64,000 bases of DNA from Candidatus Hydrogenedentota bacterium (lineage in GTDB: Bacteria > Hydrogenedentota > Hydrogenedentia > Hydrogenedentales > SLHB01), in assembly GCA_963745075.1 (NCBI GenBank), contig CAVUWV010000032.1, forward strand, positions 64,001 to 128,000, read 5' to 3'. Of this stretch, positions 30,859-42,688 are shown one piece after another (position 1 is the first letter of the stretch; each line of letters starts with the position of its first letter). Made by a program: the position numbers and the translations under genes. The notes below the pieces were generated by a model that worked only from the letters and a program-made list of their open reading frames with translations, did no database searches and was not told the DNA's origin.

Positions 30859-31712
30859 TCAACCTTCGCCCGGGCCCGAGGTATCGGTTTTCTCAGCCGG
30901 TTTTGGATTCTCCGCAGCGCCTTCGGGGGAAGGCTCGCCTTCTTCGGGAGCCAACGTCATGGAGTCCACCACGCTGAAGAAGAACATACGCGGTTCGTCT
31001 TCCGCATTGACACCATCCAACGCGCCCCAGTGGGCCGCGTAGGCGCCCGTTTCGAGGGGTTGTGAAGGACGAACGCGCACCAGCAGCCCCTCCGGCGCGT
31101 CGACCGGCTCCATGACCACGGGGATATTCTCCCGGGTAGCCACGCGGAGATCGTTGCGTCCTGCGCGTCACCGGATTTCGGCAAGGCTTCGGTCAGATTC
31201 ATCTGATACAGTTTGCACCCATAGATCGGCATTTTGTAACAGAGAATCAGTGGTTCATGATTGGTCGTTTCGACCTTGGGCCAACGTGTCGTCCCATAGG
31301 CCGTCGCTTGATCGGCCAGTGACCGGAATTCGGATGGCGGGATGAAATCGGTGCGCCGGTATTTGTGGTCTTCGTACAAATACACACCTTTACCGTCCGG
31401 CAGACGCCACAGCACCACGGGTGTCGCTTCCACGTTACGCAACCCGTTTACGGTAAGCACCAGCATGCCCGGCGCGTAACCGGTTTTGGCGTAGTACAAG
31501 GACAATTCGCCGGGCTGGTATTTGACGCGATACCGCCCATGCGCGTCGCTCAATCCCTGGTACGGCGTGCCACGGACTTCCACGGCAACGCCCGGCAAGG
31601 TTTCGCCCGCCACGTCCAAGACGGTGCCCTCGATAAATCCCGCGCCACAGCCGGACAAAACGACGCCACCGGCGAGGGCGCAAAGGACTGGTATAAACGT
31701 GCGAAAATTCAT
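30859..31712 (-). CDS. Lipoprotein with carboxypeptidase-regulatory-like domain (apparent frameshift near 31133)
   Basis: Lipobox LSGC, IEGTVLD.AGETLPGV, SDAHGRY. Continues as ENIPVVMEPVD in the 30859-31143 frame. Confidence 0.65.
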
Positions 31713-31779
31713 GTGTACCTGTTCAATCCGCTGGGCGATGTCAAAGTTCCAGAAAAGCAGAACGGCGTGTGTGAGTCTT

Positions 31780-34228
31780 TCAATTTGACGGGGCCGGAGT
31801 CAAGGCTTCCGGAACATCGAGTCTACGAAAAATATGATAGGCCTTACCGTCAGGCGCGCGTTCATACACCCACACATCCACGCGCGGGGCCGCTTGCTGC
31901 AAATCAACTGTGTGCGTCCACTCCTCGTCGGATTCGAGAATGCGGCTCATCGTCAACGGCACGTTGAGCGAGGACCCCGGATCGTTGCGCTGCAATGCGA
32001 GGTAGCCGACATCCGCATACGCGGGCTCGCGTCCCGGCGGACACGTTGCCGTCATGCGTATTGGGGCGGGGCTTCCAGTCATGGTTACCGGTGCACCTTG
32101 AAACCAGGTCCATCGCAGCGTTTCATTGTCCGGCGCCGCGATCGGCGCGATGAGATCCACCTCATCGAGAAGAACGGTCAAATCGGAGCGGGCGTGACGC
32201 GTGTCGCCGGGAGCGCCCATCAGATACAACCATGTCCCGTACGTTCCGGCCGGACACGGAACTTCGCCTACGAGGGTTCCGGAGCCGGGTACGGGAAAAT
32301 GGGCCGAGGCGACAGGAATCGTGTAGTTCGGCGGTGGTGGTTGGGGATTGTGCCGGAAGTAAATGTGCCAGACTTCATCCGTGGCCTCGGTTTCGTAGAG
32401 CGACGCCGCTTTGAGCAGGATATCCGACGCGATCAGCGTAATTTCCACGGTGCGCCGTTCCGTCGAATGGTTTGCGATCGTGAATCCGGTTTTCGTAAAC
32501 CGCGTTTCACGAGATAATCCTTGCTCGTGGAAGGCCAAGGTGAGGTCGCCGCGCCGCTCCGATTCCGGGCGTGGAATGAGACCATTATCGAGCCGAACCT
32601 TGTGGTAGACGTGGGGTTGTCCCCCGATCGAAAGATCGGCCGAGACGCCGTCGTCATTGTCGCGTTGCACGACCGGCGCGTCGGCTGGCCGCTCGTAGAG
32701 AATGAGGTCGATTCCGGCATAAGACTTCCGGTCGACTTCCGTATAGTGACTGTCCAGCCACGCCCAGAACGTCCGTCATATTTCCTTCGAGGTAGACGCG
32801 CTCCCACGCCGAGAACACAAACCACACCCGCCGCGCGCCGTTCGTTGCATCTTGAACTTCCCGGGGGAAATAGTTCGCCAAGGCAGGATTGTCCGTGTTT
32901 TTGGGATTGCCGATGGTGATGTCGTGAATGTAATCCTGGGATACGGCGGCGGTAAACTGCGGCTTATCGCGTAGGCCGTACCAGAAGAATGGCAGCCACG
33001 TAGAAGCATCGGCGTGGACGATCACGTCGCCCGCCTGCCACCGATCGGCAACGGATTCGGCCGCGAGGTCATAATCCCGTGGAACATGAATTGCCGGCCG
33101 GTTGGGAAACTCCAACGGTGTATAGATACGCAGATAATGGTACGCCAGCCCAGTGGCGGAAAAGGCGCCGGCCAGGACCAAAACCGCGTACCGCGCGGCC
33201 GGGTTGGGAATGGCCGCTATCGCCACGGCGACCGCAATGTACAACACGAGCGCATAGGGCATCAGGGCGCGAATGAGGAAGATGCTCTCCGTAACCTGGG
33301 AGAGTGCAAAGACAATCGCCACCGGTATCGTAAACCACGCAACCAGAAGCCATCCCTCGCGCGGGTGACGGCGAATCGCAACAACCATTCCGGACACGGC
33401 GAGAAGCACGAATACGGCGAGCGCGACCGTGTACATCGGCGGCGTCGTGTATCCGATTGCGACGGCTTTGAGGTAGTAGATGATCTCGGTTAAACCGGGT
33501 CGGGGAATCCACCAGGTCTTAGCCTCTATCATCGTGGTGTCAGCCTTGCGAATCATAATGCTGAGCCACGGCACAAACAGGGCGGCTCCGAGGACGTTGC
33601 TCACAATCCAGCGGGACCAACCCCTGGGCTTTTTCCGCAACACACCGATCGCCCATAGGTTCAGCCCCACCAGCAAAGGCCCGACGAAGATTTCGGTGTA
33701 GCACCCAAGTCCGGCGAACAATCCGTACGCGATCCAGTCCGGCCAGCGGTTGGCCTCAATGGCTCGGTGGAGGAAGATTCCGATGAAACACGCCACAAAC
33801 GGTAAGTAGATGTACTCCTTCAGATCTTGAGAGTGCGTCACCTGTAATGGCGCGATGGCGAGAAGAAAGGCGGCGATCAATGCCGTGCGCGAGTCAAACA
33901 GGCGCCGAGCGAACAGGAAGAGCGCGCCGACGCCCGCCACGCCGAACGTTGCCGGTAGCAGCCGCATGGTCCATTCCGAATAGCCCAAGCCGAGGGCTCG
34001 CCAAACGGCAACCAGGATGTATGGCAAAGGCGGGTGGTTGGTGATCATCTTGCCCTGTACGACGGTCGCATACAGGTTTTCGCTCGCAAGGAGATTGTGG
34101 ACTTCGTCGTGCCAGTAGGGAAAGGTGCCGAGTCGAATGAACCGCAACACGGTGGCAAGCGCAAGGATCGCGAAAAGCCAGCGTGCGGCGTGAAGTCTTT
34201 TGGGCGCGCCGGATTCCAAAGACGTCAT
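31780..34228 (-). CDS. GT-C (ArnT/PMT-like, GT39-like) membrane glycosyltransferase with large C-terminal extracytoplasmic domain (apparent +1 frameshift near 32768)
   Basis: YWHDE, NHPPLPY, SEWTMRLLP, HSQDLKEY, many TM helices. Removing one base gives DVWAWLDSHY...PVVQRDND, which joins ORF 31780-32670. Confidence 0.8.
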
Positions 34229-34229
34229 G

Positions 34230-35663
34230 TCACTTCCCATACCCAATCGCTTTGATCGCTTCCACCGTCTCTGGATCGATTTCAGCCGTAGTGCGATCAG
34301 CCGGGCGCAGCGGATTCTTTTCGGCCGATTCCAGGTGTGCGCGCCAGAGTCGGCCAAGCTGCTCCCCTTGGTCCATGCTTTCAAGCGGACGCTGCTCGAG
34401 GGGATCGCCGGCGAGGTCGAAGTACCGGTCTTCGTGCTTCTTTCGATCGCGAATCAACTTGTTATCCCCGACGACCACGGCGGCAAAATCGACGTTCGAC
34501 CCCGGTATCGAGCCTTGTGTGGAACTGTAGATTGGCCGATTCGGTTCAAGGGCGCCGGGATCGGAGAAACTGCGCCCCTGCCATCCGGAACGCGGCTCCA
34601 ACTTGAGCAGTTGCGCCAGCGTGGGCAGTACGTCGATCGATTCCACCGGCGCGTTAACAGCTTGCGGAGACGCACCCGGTACATGGACGACTAACGGCAC
34701 ATGCGTCAACTCTTCGTAAACCGTCTTGCCGTGACCGATGGATCCGTGGTCCCAAAGCTCTTCCCCGTGGTCCGCTGTCAACACAACAATTGTGTTCGGA
34801 AACTTCTCCCGAACGGCTGCAAGCAGTCGCGCCAATTCATGATCGAGAAAGAGCGCCTCGCCGTCGTAACAGTAACGGACATACGCCTCCCCGGCTTCGG
34901 ACAGGTTGCCGAACTTCCGATCCTTCGTCAGACCGATTTCGTACAAAACCCGATCCACATAGGACGCGGCATAGTTCTTGATCAGCTCCCGGTCCGCGTC
35001 GGTCACTTCCGGTTCTGGCCCCAACGGTTTCCGGTATTCGGCAGGCGGATCGTAGGGAGCGTGCGCGTCCATGTAATGGGTATACAGCAGGAACGGCGGA
35101 TGCAACCGATCGAGCGTCGCGAGAGCCTCATCCGTTACGTCACCGGCCTGATACTCGGGATACGGATGAAAGACGTAGGAATCGAAACCCTGGTTAAAGC
35201 CGAAGTCGGCCGTGATATTGGCGTTGGTCTGGATGGCGGCCGTCGCGTAGCCCTGCGACTTCAGGTAACCCGCCAAGGTCTCCAGGGTCTCGGGCAGCAC
35301 GTCGGCGCGCGTGGGCTGCCCTTCGTAGACGGTGTCATGAATGCCGAAGAGAACCTGATGCACCTCGGGGTACAACGACGTAAAGAGCGAGGCCATGGAC
35401 GGTTTTGTCCACGTGGCCTGGACGCGCGCGTTGGTGAAATTCCACGACGTGTCGGCGAAGGCCCTCAGATTCGGCATGAGCGGGACGCCGTTGCGCGACC
35501 CATCCAGCCGGTCAAATCGCAGCGCGTCGGTAACGATGAGCAGAACGTTGGGCCGTTCCGGCGCTGACGTTGAGGCGGGCCGCGTTTCAACTTCCCTGCC
35601 GCAACTCAACGCACAGACGACAACCAATAGAATTCCGACGCTTTGCCCTATACGTAATGACAC
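34230..35663 (-). CDS. Sulfatase-like alkaline-phosphatase-superfamily lipoprotein with Thr at the nucleophile position
   Basis: ALSC lipobox, PNVLLIVTDALR, WTKPSMASL in place of (C/S)xPxR, HYMDAHAPY, TADHGE. GTG start after GGAG. Confidence 0.82.
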   Translation of the reverse strand: MSLRIGQSVGILLVVVCALSCGREVETRPASTSAPERPNVLLIVTDALRFDRLDGSRNGVPLMPNLRAFADTSWNFTNARVQATWTKPSMASLFTSLYPEVHQVLFGIHDTVYEGQPTRADVLPETLETLAGYLKSQGYATAAIQTNANITADFGFNQGFDSYVFHPYPEYQAGDVTDEALATLDRLHPPFLLYTHYMDAHAPYDPPAEYRKPLGPEPEVTDADRELIKNYAASYVDRVLYEIGLTKDRKFGNLSEAGEAYVRYCYDGEALFLDHELARLLAAVREKFPNTIVVLTADHGEELWDHGSIGHGKTVYEELTHVPLVVHVPGASPQAVNAPVESIDVLPTLAQLLKLEPRSGWQGRSFSDPGALEPNRPIYSSTQGSIPGSNVDFAAVVVGDNKLIRDRKKHEDRYFDLAGDPLEQRPLESMDQGEQLGRLWRAHLESAEKNPLRPADRTTAEIDPETVEAIKAIGYGK

Positions 35664-35991
35664 CTCGGGTACTCCGAATAGAAGTTCTAACTGGCGCAAC
35701 CAAGAGGCGGTGTCGCGCGTATGGCAGCGTTCACCGGCTGTTGCCGCGGGCTGCTGTCCGACGCCCAAAACGCCGGCAGAGAGGTACCGATTGCGAAGAG
35801 CCCGCCGAGGCGGAACGCTTGAGCGATGAGCGCATACGGACAGAGTATAGCACCCGTTCTATCGACGAACAATCATTGGGGTTACAACATTGGGGTTACA
35901 AACGAATTGCAGGCTCGGAAACCGCTTTTATGGGAGATGTAGGCGTGGTAAGCGATACGAATGCCTGGAACACCCCAGTACCGGTCCCGGC

Positions 35992-37449
35992 TCACGTGCT
36001 CAAGGCTTGCTCTTCAACGTCTTTCATCGTGAGACCGCCACGCGTGAGGTCGAGCCAGTACTTCACCGCGTCGTAGTAGTACCGGAACAAATAGGGTCGT
36101 TTGACCAGGTTCCGCATGACGAGGGCCCAGTACCGGGGACGCATGTAGTAATCGAAATAGGCCTTCTTGACCATACGCTGGACCTCGTCCTCATCCGTGT
36201 AGCCCGATGAGACGAACTGGGGGAAATATGCGGTCCACGGGGCTTCGATAAGTCGTCCGTCCTGGTGCGCGAGGGCTTCGATAGGCGTGCCGGGTTGCAC
36301 GTGGAACGGGAAGAACATCATCCAGTCCGCGTTCAATTCGCACGCGAATCGAATGGTCTCGAGGGTTTGCTCCGGCGTCTCGGTCGGGAATCCCAGTATA
36401 AACGAGCCGCGGACTTCGATCCCGGCGTTGCGGGTCCAACGGACCGCTTCACGTATCTGGTCGCGGGTTGTGCCTTTCTTAATGAGATCGAGCAGTTCCT
36501 GCACGCCGGATTCGAAACCGTAGTAGATGTTGAAACAGCCGGCGTCGGACATCTTCTTCAGCATATCCGGCTTGACCGACCGCATGTGCCCGTAGCACGA
36601 CCACGTGAGGTCCAACTTTTCCCGTTTGAGTTCCGCGCAGAATTCGTCGATCCACTTCGCGTTCACCGCAAAGGTGTCGTCCCAGAAAATGACCTCGCGC
36701 ATGCCGCGCTCGCGAACCAGCGGCACGATTTGCGAAACCATCCGTTGCGGGGAATGCCGGCGGTAGCGTGGAGAAAACTCGCCGCCCTGGAAACAGAACG
36801 TGCATTTGCCCCAGGAACAGCCGCGCGAGGAAATCGCCGTCGTTGCGGGTTCGCGCCGCACCTGATTGGGCAGGGGCCGATAGTCATAGGGATCGAATAT
36901 ATGCCGGGAGGGGTCGGGAAGCGCATCCAAATCGGAAACCGGGTCGGCCTTGCCGTTTACGAAGGGATTACCATCTGCATCGCGGTACGCGACGCCCTTG
37001 ACTGCGCGCCAGTCTTCCTTCGCACTGATGGCCGCAACCAACTGGCGCAGCGGCACCTCGCCTTCTCCGGGTATGGCAGCATCGATGGCCGGGCAGTCCG
37101 TAAACACGCGACGGCAGTCCGTCGTCACGTGAGGACCGCCCACGACGATGAAGGCATCGGGATTCCGCTTGCGGAGTTCGGCCGCAACCGCGTACCCTGC
37201 GTGCGCGAACACGTTCATCAACGAAATGGCGACGATGTCCGGCCCGTCCGCAACGATCCGTTCGACGGTCTGGATGGGATTCAGATCCTGGATCTGGGCG
37301 TCGAGCAACGTGGCTTCGTGGCCGTCCAGTTCAACCATCGCGGCGATGTGCCCGATACCCAAAGCGGGCAGGAACCCTCGCTTCATCTTCGTCGTCGTGC
37401 CGTAGGAAACCGACATGTTGAATGGAGGCAGTACAAACAGTACTTTCAT
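35992..37449 (-). CDS. B12-binding radical SAM protein
   Basis: N-terminal cobalamin-binding domain (LGIGHIAA, VVGGPH, GEGE), SSRGCSWGKCTFC, GFESG. Confidence 0.92.
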   Translation of the reverse strand: MKVLFVLPPFNMSVSYGTTTKMKRGFLPALGIGHIAAMVELDGHEATLLDAQIQDLNPIQTVERIVADGPDIVAISLMNVFAHAGYAVAAELRKRNPDAFIVVGGPHVTTDCRRVFTDCPAIDAAIPGEGEVPLRQLVAAISAKEDWRAVKGVAYRDADGNPFVNGKADPVSDLDALPDPSRHIFDPYDYRPLPNQVRREPATTAISSRGCSWGKCTFCFQGGEFSPRYRRHSPQRMVSQIVPLVRERGMREVIFWDDTFAVNAKWIDEFCAELKREKLDLTWSCYGHMRSVKPDMLKKMSDAGCFNIYYGFESGVQELLDLIKKGTTRDQIREAVRWTRNAGIEVRGSFILGFPTETPEQTLETIRFACELNADWMMFFPFHVQPGTPIEALAHQDGRLIEAPWTAYFPQFVSSGYTDEDEVQRMVKKAYFDYYMRPRYWALVMRNLVKRPYLFRYYYDAVKYWLDLTRGGLTMKDVEEQALST

Positions 37450-37691
37450 GCAGCGCTAACCCTCGGTTCCAGAACGCATAGCCGGACCTACCAGACGTCC
37501 GGACACGCTCCGATGCGATGAACGAAGTCATTGTAACATGCGACGGGGATCGGCACAAGACATCCCCTTGGAACCCTTTACCCCGTTGCGTAGCCCGAAT
37601 TCACTACCGGGAAGAATCGCTCATGGTAAATAAGAATCCGCCATAAGCCCTTTTATTGCTAAGTTTACCCCTTTGATTTGAGTAACACCCT

Positions 37692-38831
37692 CTAAGGGGC
37701 ACGAAATTCCTTAATCGACAAAGCCGGGGTTGCGGCCCAAGCCACTTGGGCGCGATAGTTCGCGGCCGCGACAGGATTGTCCAGCGCGGAGATTTCGCCG
37801 TAGGTCCCCACGAACTCGAAGCCCAGTTGATGCAGACCGGGAAACACCCGCGCGATCTCCGGCACGAAGTCGTTGTCCTGGGTTTTCGTCGACGCGTTGA
37901 ACCAATGCAGGTAGCCGTAGCGCCGGTGGGCGGGAGCACCTTTGAAGCGGTCCGGAAATCCGGGATCGCGGACCATCGTGCGGAGGGTATATTCCCAGAC
38001 CGTTTCGGGCGGCACCGCGTCCACGTACGGCAGCTTTGGAAATCCGGCGATTTGTTGGTATCCGCGATACGTGCAGTTGATGAACACGCCGTCGGGTTTC
38101 CGCGCAAGTCCGTGCCGTAATACGTCACGGGTCGCCACGATCATATCTTTGATGTTGTCGTCCCCTTCGAAGCCTAACGCCTCGCGCGCTGCGACGGCAC
38201 CCTCGGACGGGTTCACGATAAAATCCCCCATCTCGTAGTCGATCCCGCCGATGGCGAAGGTCTCCAGCATCCAGTCGAGACCGTCCCGCCACCATTGCTG
38301 ATTAGCTTCCAACGACGGGTCGAGGACCGGTGTCACGGCGCGGCCGCCACCCTCTTCCAACGCGGTGCTCGCGCGTTCCGGGTGTTTGGCGAGATAGGTG
38401 TCAAGGTTGAAGGGATGCTCTCCCTCGTAGTAATACCCGCCGTAGGAACAAAGCCCGACGCCCGGCAGAATCGCCACCCCGCGGTCGGCCGCGTAATTGC
38501 ACAAATCGACCGCCGCCTGCACACCGCCATGACTGTCCCGCAGGAAGCCCCAGACGATCACGCCCCAGATCCCGTTCTTCGCGCAATAGTCCACCAGCCG
38601 CCGGAATCCGGTTTGGAATGACTCCGGCCGCTTGGGGTAGGCAAACCGTTGCTCGGCGGCCGCCATGCGCGTGGAGATCTTGTCTGGCTCGTCGTCCCAC
38701 GTCATCCGCGAATCCCAGCACCAGAGGAGCACTTTCATAGGCGTACGCTCCTGCTCGGGAACGGCGTTTGCCATTCCTTGAGCCAACAGAGCGCCGGTGG
38801 CCGTGCGAGATAAGAATTCTCGGCGATTCAT
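37692..38831 (-). CDS. Tat-exported hypothetical protein (possible TIM barrel)
   Basis: NRREFL Tat motif, 379-aa ORF with coding-like composition, no family recognised. Confidence 0.7.
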   Translation of the reverse strand: MNRREFLSRTATGALLAQGMANAVPEQERTPMKVLLWCWDSRMTWDDEPDKISTRMAAAEQRFAYPKRPESFQTGFRRLVDYCAKNGIWGVIVWGFLRDSHGGVQAAVDLCNYAADRGVAILPGVGLCSYGGYYYEGEHPFNLDTYLAKHPERASTALEEGGGRAVTPVLDPSLEANQQWWRDGLDWMLETFAIGGIDYEMGDFIVNPSEGAVAAREALGFEGDDNIKDMIVATRDVLRHGLARKPDGVFINCTYRGYQQIAGFPKLPYVDAVPPETVWEYTLRTMVRDPGFPDRFKGAPAHRRYGYLHWFNASTKTQDNDFVPEIARVFPGLHQLGFEFVGTYGEISALDNPVAAANYRAQVAWAATPALSIKEFRAP

Positions 38832-38983
38832 TTGATACTCCCCGGCATTTTGGTATTGCAGCCTACGTCATTTGTGTGCGTATCGGCAACGATCCGCCGC
38901 CGACACGCCAGCGCTGGCGATTCACGCTCGCCAGTGTGTACTATGGGGGTTCCGCTAATGCATGTGAATGAGGAGGAGCCATC

Positions 38984-40477
38984 ATGCACGAGACCCCGTC
39001 ACGACGTGATTTCATTCGCCAGGCTGGTATGGCCGCCGGATTGGGTGCGGCTGCGTTGTCCACGCAGGCGCAAGCCGCCCAGACCCCCGGCAAACGGCGC
39101 AACATGATCTTCATCCTCATCGACGACATGCGATTTGACTCCATGAGCTGCATGGGGCATCCCTTTCTCGAAACGCCGAACCTGGACGCGCTGGTGAAAG
39201 CGGGCATCATGTTCGACAACGCCTTTGTCACGACCTCGCTCTGCTCGCCGAGCCGGGCCTCGTTCCTGACCGGCATGTACGCGCACAACCACGGCATCTT
39301 CAACAACAGCACCAACCTGCCGGACGAAACGCCGACGTTCCCGAAGGAACTGCAGAAGGCCGGCTACCGCACGGGCTTCACGGGCAAGTGGCACATGGGC
39401 GGGTCGAGCGATGCACCGCGGCCGGGATTCGACGATTGGATGTCGTTCAAAGGCCAGGGCCAATACATCGATCCCACGTTTAACATCAACGGCAAACGCG
39501 AAAAGGTCGAAGGCTACGTGACCGACCTCATCACGGATCACGCCGTGGACTTCATTAAGACGGACGATGACCGGCCCTTCTTCCTGTATGTATCCCACAA
39601 GGCCGTGCACGCCGACTTCTATCCGCCCGAACGCCACAAAGGCCGTTACGCGGACAAGACGTTTCCGCATCCTGCCTCCATGGCGAACACGGAAGAGAAC
39701 TACAAGGGCAAACCCAAGTGGGTGCGCACGCAACGCGACAGTTGGCACGGGGTCGATGGCATGTACAACAAGCGTGTCGATTTCGATCAGTTCACGCGCG
39801 ACTACGCGGAGACCATGCTTTCCGTCGACGAAAGTGTCGGCCGTATCGTGGACACGCTGCGCGAACAGGGCCTGCTCGATTCGACCTTACTGCTCTTCAC
39901 GTCGGACAACGGATTCCTCTTCGGCGAACACGGGCTCATCGACAAGCGGTGCATGTACGAACCGTCTATCCGCATCCCGGTCATCGCCGTATGCCCGGAA
40001 CTGTTCGATGGTGGCCAGCGCAGGAAGGAAGTTATCGCCAACATCGACTTCGCGCCGACCTTCCTCGACTGCGCAGGTGTGCCCATTCCGGATTCGGTCC
40101 AGGGCCGCTCGTTCATGGACGTGCTTACCGGCACGGAACAGCACTGGCGCGATGGGCTGCTTTACGAATACTTCTGGGAACGGTCCTTCCCGCAGACCCC
40201 GTCCATGCTGGGCGTGCGCACGGAAACGCACAAATACATCAAGTACCAGGGCATCTGGGACAAGTACGAGATCTACGATATCGAGCACGACCCCGACGAG
40301 ATGAACAACCTCCTCGGCGACTTCATCCAGCATGACGAAGCTGGCACGTTGGACAACTACATCCGCAACAACGCGCCCGAGGACATCAAGGCCCTCTTTA
40401 ACGATCTCGACGGGAAACTCGAGGCGTTGCTGAAGGAGACCGGCTGCCTGGCAGAACCGTCCTGGCGCGCGTGGTGA
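38984..40477 (+). CDS. Tat-exported sulfatase (N-acetylglucosamine-6-sulfatase-like)
   Basis: SRRDFI, NMIFILIDD, CSPSR, GKWHMG, SHKAVH, TSDNGF, DKR.MYEPSIRIP. Confidence 0.93.
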   Translation: MHETPSRRDFIRQAGMAAGLGAAALSTQAQAAQTPGKRRNMIFILIDDMRFDSMSCMGHPFLETPNLDALVKAGIMFDNAFVTTSLCSPSRASFLTGMYAHNHGIFNNSTNLPDETPTFPKELQKAGYRTGFTGKWHMGGSSDAPRPGFDDWMSFKGQGQYIDPTFNINGKREKVEGYVTDLITDHAVDFIKTDDDRPFFLYVSHKAVHADFYPPERHKGRYADKTFPHPASMANTEENYKGKPKWVRTQRDSWHGVDGMYNKRVDFDQFTRDYAETMLSVDESVGRIVDTLREQGLLDSTLLLFTSDNGFLFGEHGLIDKRCMYEPSIRIPVIAVCPELFDGGQRRKEVIANIDFAPTFLDCAGVPIPDSVQGRSFMDVLTGTEQHWRDGLLYEYFWERSFPQTPSMLGVRTETHKYIKYQGIWDKYEIYDIEHDPDEMNNLLGDFIQHDEAGTLDNYIRNNAPEDIKALFNDLDGKLEALLKETGCLAEPSWRAW

Positions 40478-40490
40478 GGACACGCACTTT

Positions 40491-40778
40491 ATGATCGTAC
40501 AAATCGTCAGACTGAAATCTGAACTACCGGAGGACGAACTCCTTAGGATCGCCGAAGAACGCGAGCCGCAGTTCAAAGCGATCCCCGGACTTCTTCAAAA
40601 GTACTACGTCAAGATGGGTCCGCCCGGACACATTGGCGGGATCTATGTCTGGGATTCCGAGGAGTCGCTAAAGGCCTATCGAGCATCGGATTTAGCGGCA
40701 AGCATTCCCGAAGCGTATAAAGTTGTCGAGGCGCCGGACGTTGAAACTCTGGAAGTTCTCTTTCAATTAAGAGACTGA
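40491..40778 (+). CDS. YdhR-family putative monooxygenase (dimeric alpha+beta barrel)
   Basis: IPGLLQKYY, GGIYVWDSEESLKAY. Confidence 0.75.
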   Translation: MIVQIVRLKSELPEDELLRIAEEREPQFKAIPGLLQKYYVKMGPPGHIGGIYVWDSEESLKAYRASDLAASIPEAYKVVEAPDVETLEVLFQLRD

Positions 40779-40853
40779 GCAGAGTGCTGGAGAGTCTCCA
40801 AAACAACGGACGAGTAGTTGCTGCGCTACATTCCGCGTCCCACACGCGCACGG

Positions 40854-42342
40854 CTACTCGTCCCGCGTGATGCTCGAGCAGTTGTCGTCAATACGGAAGA
40901 CGGGCACCTCGGAGACCTGCTCGGTTTGGATGCCGTGAAACTCGGAGTCGTGCACGTCGTCGAGGACGAAACAGGGGCGCGCGTCTTCCTGCCGGATCGA
41001 CACGTTGACGTTGTTCATGTGAAGGTCCTTGACGTGGCGGATGTAGAACCCGTGAGCAGGTAACACGCCGAACATGCGGTTCTCGGGATACTTCGTGGAG
41101 TTCTCCTCGACCACACGCTGCGCGTCCTCTTCCGTCCGGACCGGAAACCCGCCCAGGATTTCGATGTTCACGTCGTCGATGTACAGCCGTTCGATGCAGT
41201 ACCCGGGAATCCCCGTGATGGTGGACGTGTACGGCGTGTAGTTGTGTTGGGCCTCTTCTTCGTCACCGTATTTTTCCGCGTTGTTGACCGTGGCGTGGAT
41301 GCCGCTGATGTGCACGTCGCGGATGGCGCCGTTGGCCGGTTTCGTTTCGACGCCGTTCGGGTAGACCGGACGGTTGCGGTCGCCCAGCTTGATGAAGATG
41401 GGCGTTTCGACCACGTCCATCTCGATGTTGCGTACGATGACGTTTTGCATGAGCCCGCCGTCGACCAGTTCCAGCGCGATCCCCGCGATGCCCGTCTGCC
41501 AGATGCGGTTGTTTTCGATGAGGATGTTCTGGAACCCGCCGGAGGAATCCGTGCCCGCCTTGATGCCGTTGCACAGGCTGCGCACCGTGTTGTTCCGGAT
41601 CACGACGTTCTTGCAGCCTTCCTCCGTGTACCCTTTCAGGCAAATGCCGTCGTCGAGGGCGTTGATGTCGCAGTTCTCGACCAGCGCGTTTTCGCAATCG
41701 ATGATGTTGCAGCCGTCGTTGTTGCGGAAGGTGCTGTCCCGGACCGTGATCCCGTCCACATGGACGTTTTTGCACTTCGTGTAGGTCTCGGTCCAGAACC
41801 CCGACGATGTAAAGGTCACGCCCCGGACCAGTCACGTTCGTGCATTCGTCAAACCAGATCAGGCAAGGCCGATGCTTCCCTGCCCGGCCCTCTTCCATGA
41901 AATCGTTCGGACTCTGTGCTGTTCCCGTTCAACGTCCCCGTGCCGGTCACCGAGATGTCGTTTGCACCCTGCGCGAAGAGCAGGCTCGTGAGCAGATACT
42001 TGTCGTACCGCACTTTCGTCCGGGGTTCGTGATGCGGGTAATCGCGCATCCACGGACTGCCCAGCAGCACCGCATCCGCGTCGAGATGGAGTTCGACCCC
42101 GCTCTTAAGCGTCACGCCGCCAGTAAGAAACGTCCCCGCCGGCACCACAACCCGTCCCCCACCCGATTCCGCGCACGCGTCAATCGCCGCCTGGATCGCC
42201 GCGCTGCACAACGCCTCGCCCCCCGCCACCGCGCCGTAGTCGAGGATATTGAAATCCTTCGCGAAAGCATTCGTGCCCGCCATGAGTGATCACACCAAAC
42301 CGACTGCCGCTACCCAACACCCCTGCACCCAAGCCGATTCAT
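40854..42342 (-). CDS. GH28-like glycoside hydrolase (parallel beta-helix), several apparent frameshifts or stops
   Basis: FNILDYGAVAGG, AIQAAID, VPAGTFLTG, LKSGVEL (41849-42283), RPCLIWFDECTNV (short bridging frame), NNDG, DDGICLK, GIKAGT (40854-41819). ATG 42342 follows GGAGG. Confidence 0.8.
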
Positions 42343-42688
42343 TCCGGTCCTCCGTGTTATTTCCGTGGCTTGAGCGTCCTCACCCAAGTCTTCAAGACCT
42401 TGGCACCCGCTCCAACTGTATTCGAGTATTCCCTTGTACATGATCCCCTGGCGAAAGGGAAAACGCGTTCGTACACCGGGACACAATCAACCACGCGTCA
42501 TTGAATCAAACGGCAGAGCGCGATACCATACGGTTCGGTGCAATTCTCCGGAATCGTTGCGAGATTTTCGTGGAGCTGAGAGACGCTAACGCGTAATTCG
42601 GCGATAGGAAGAATTCCCCCCAGACTTGGCGCGGCCTGCTCAGACGCTGGTGATTCGAGCCGTCGCATTGCGGCAAGGAGATGGAATC

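Noticed and set aside
42500..42688. ZTP, THF or glycine riboswitch upstream of glyA
   Set aside because: I could not find the conserved motifs by eye. An Infernal scan would be needed to exclude them.
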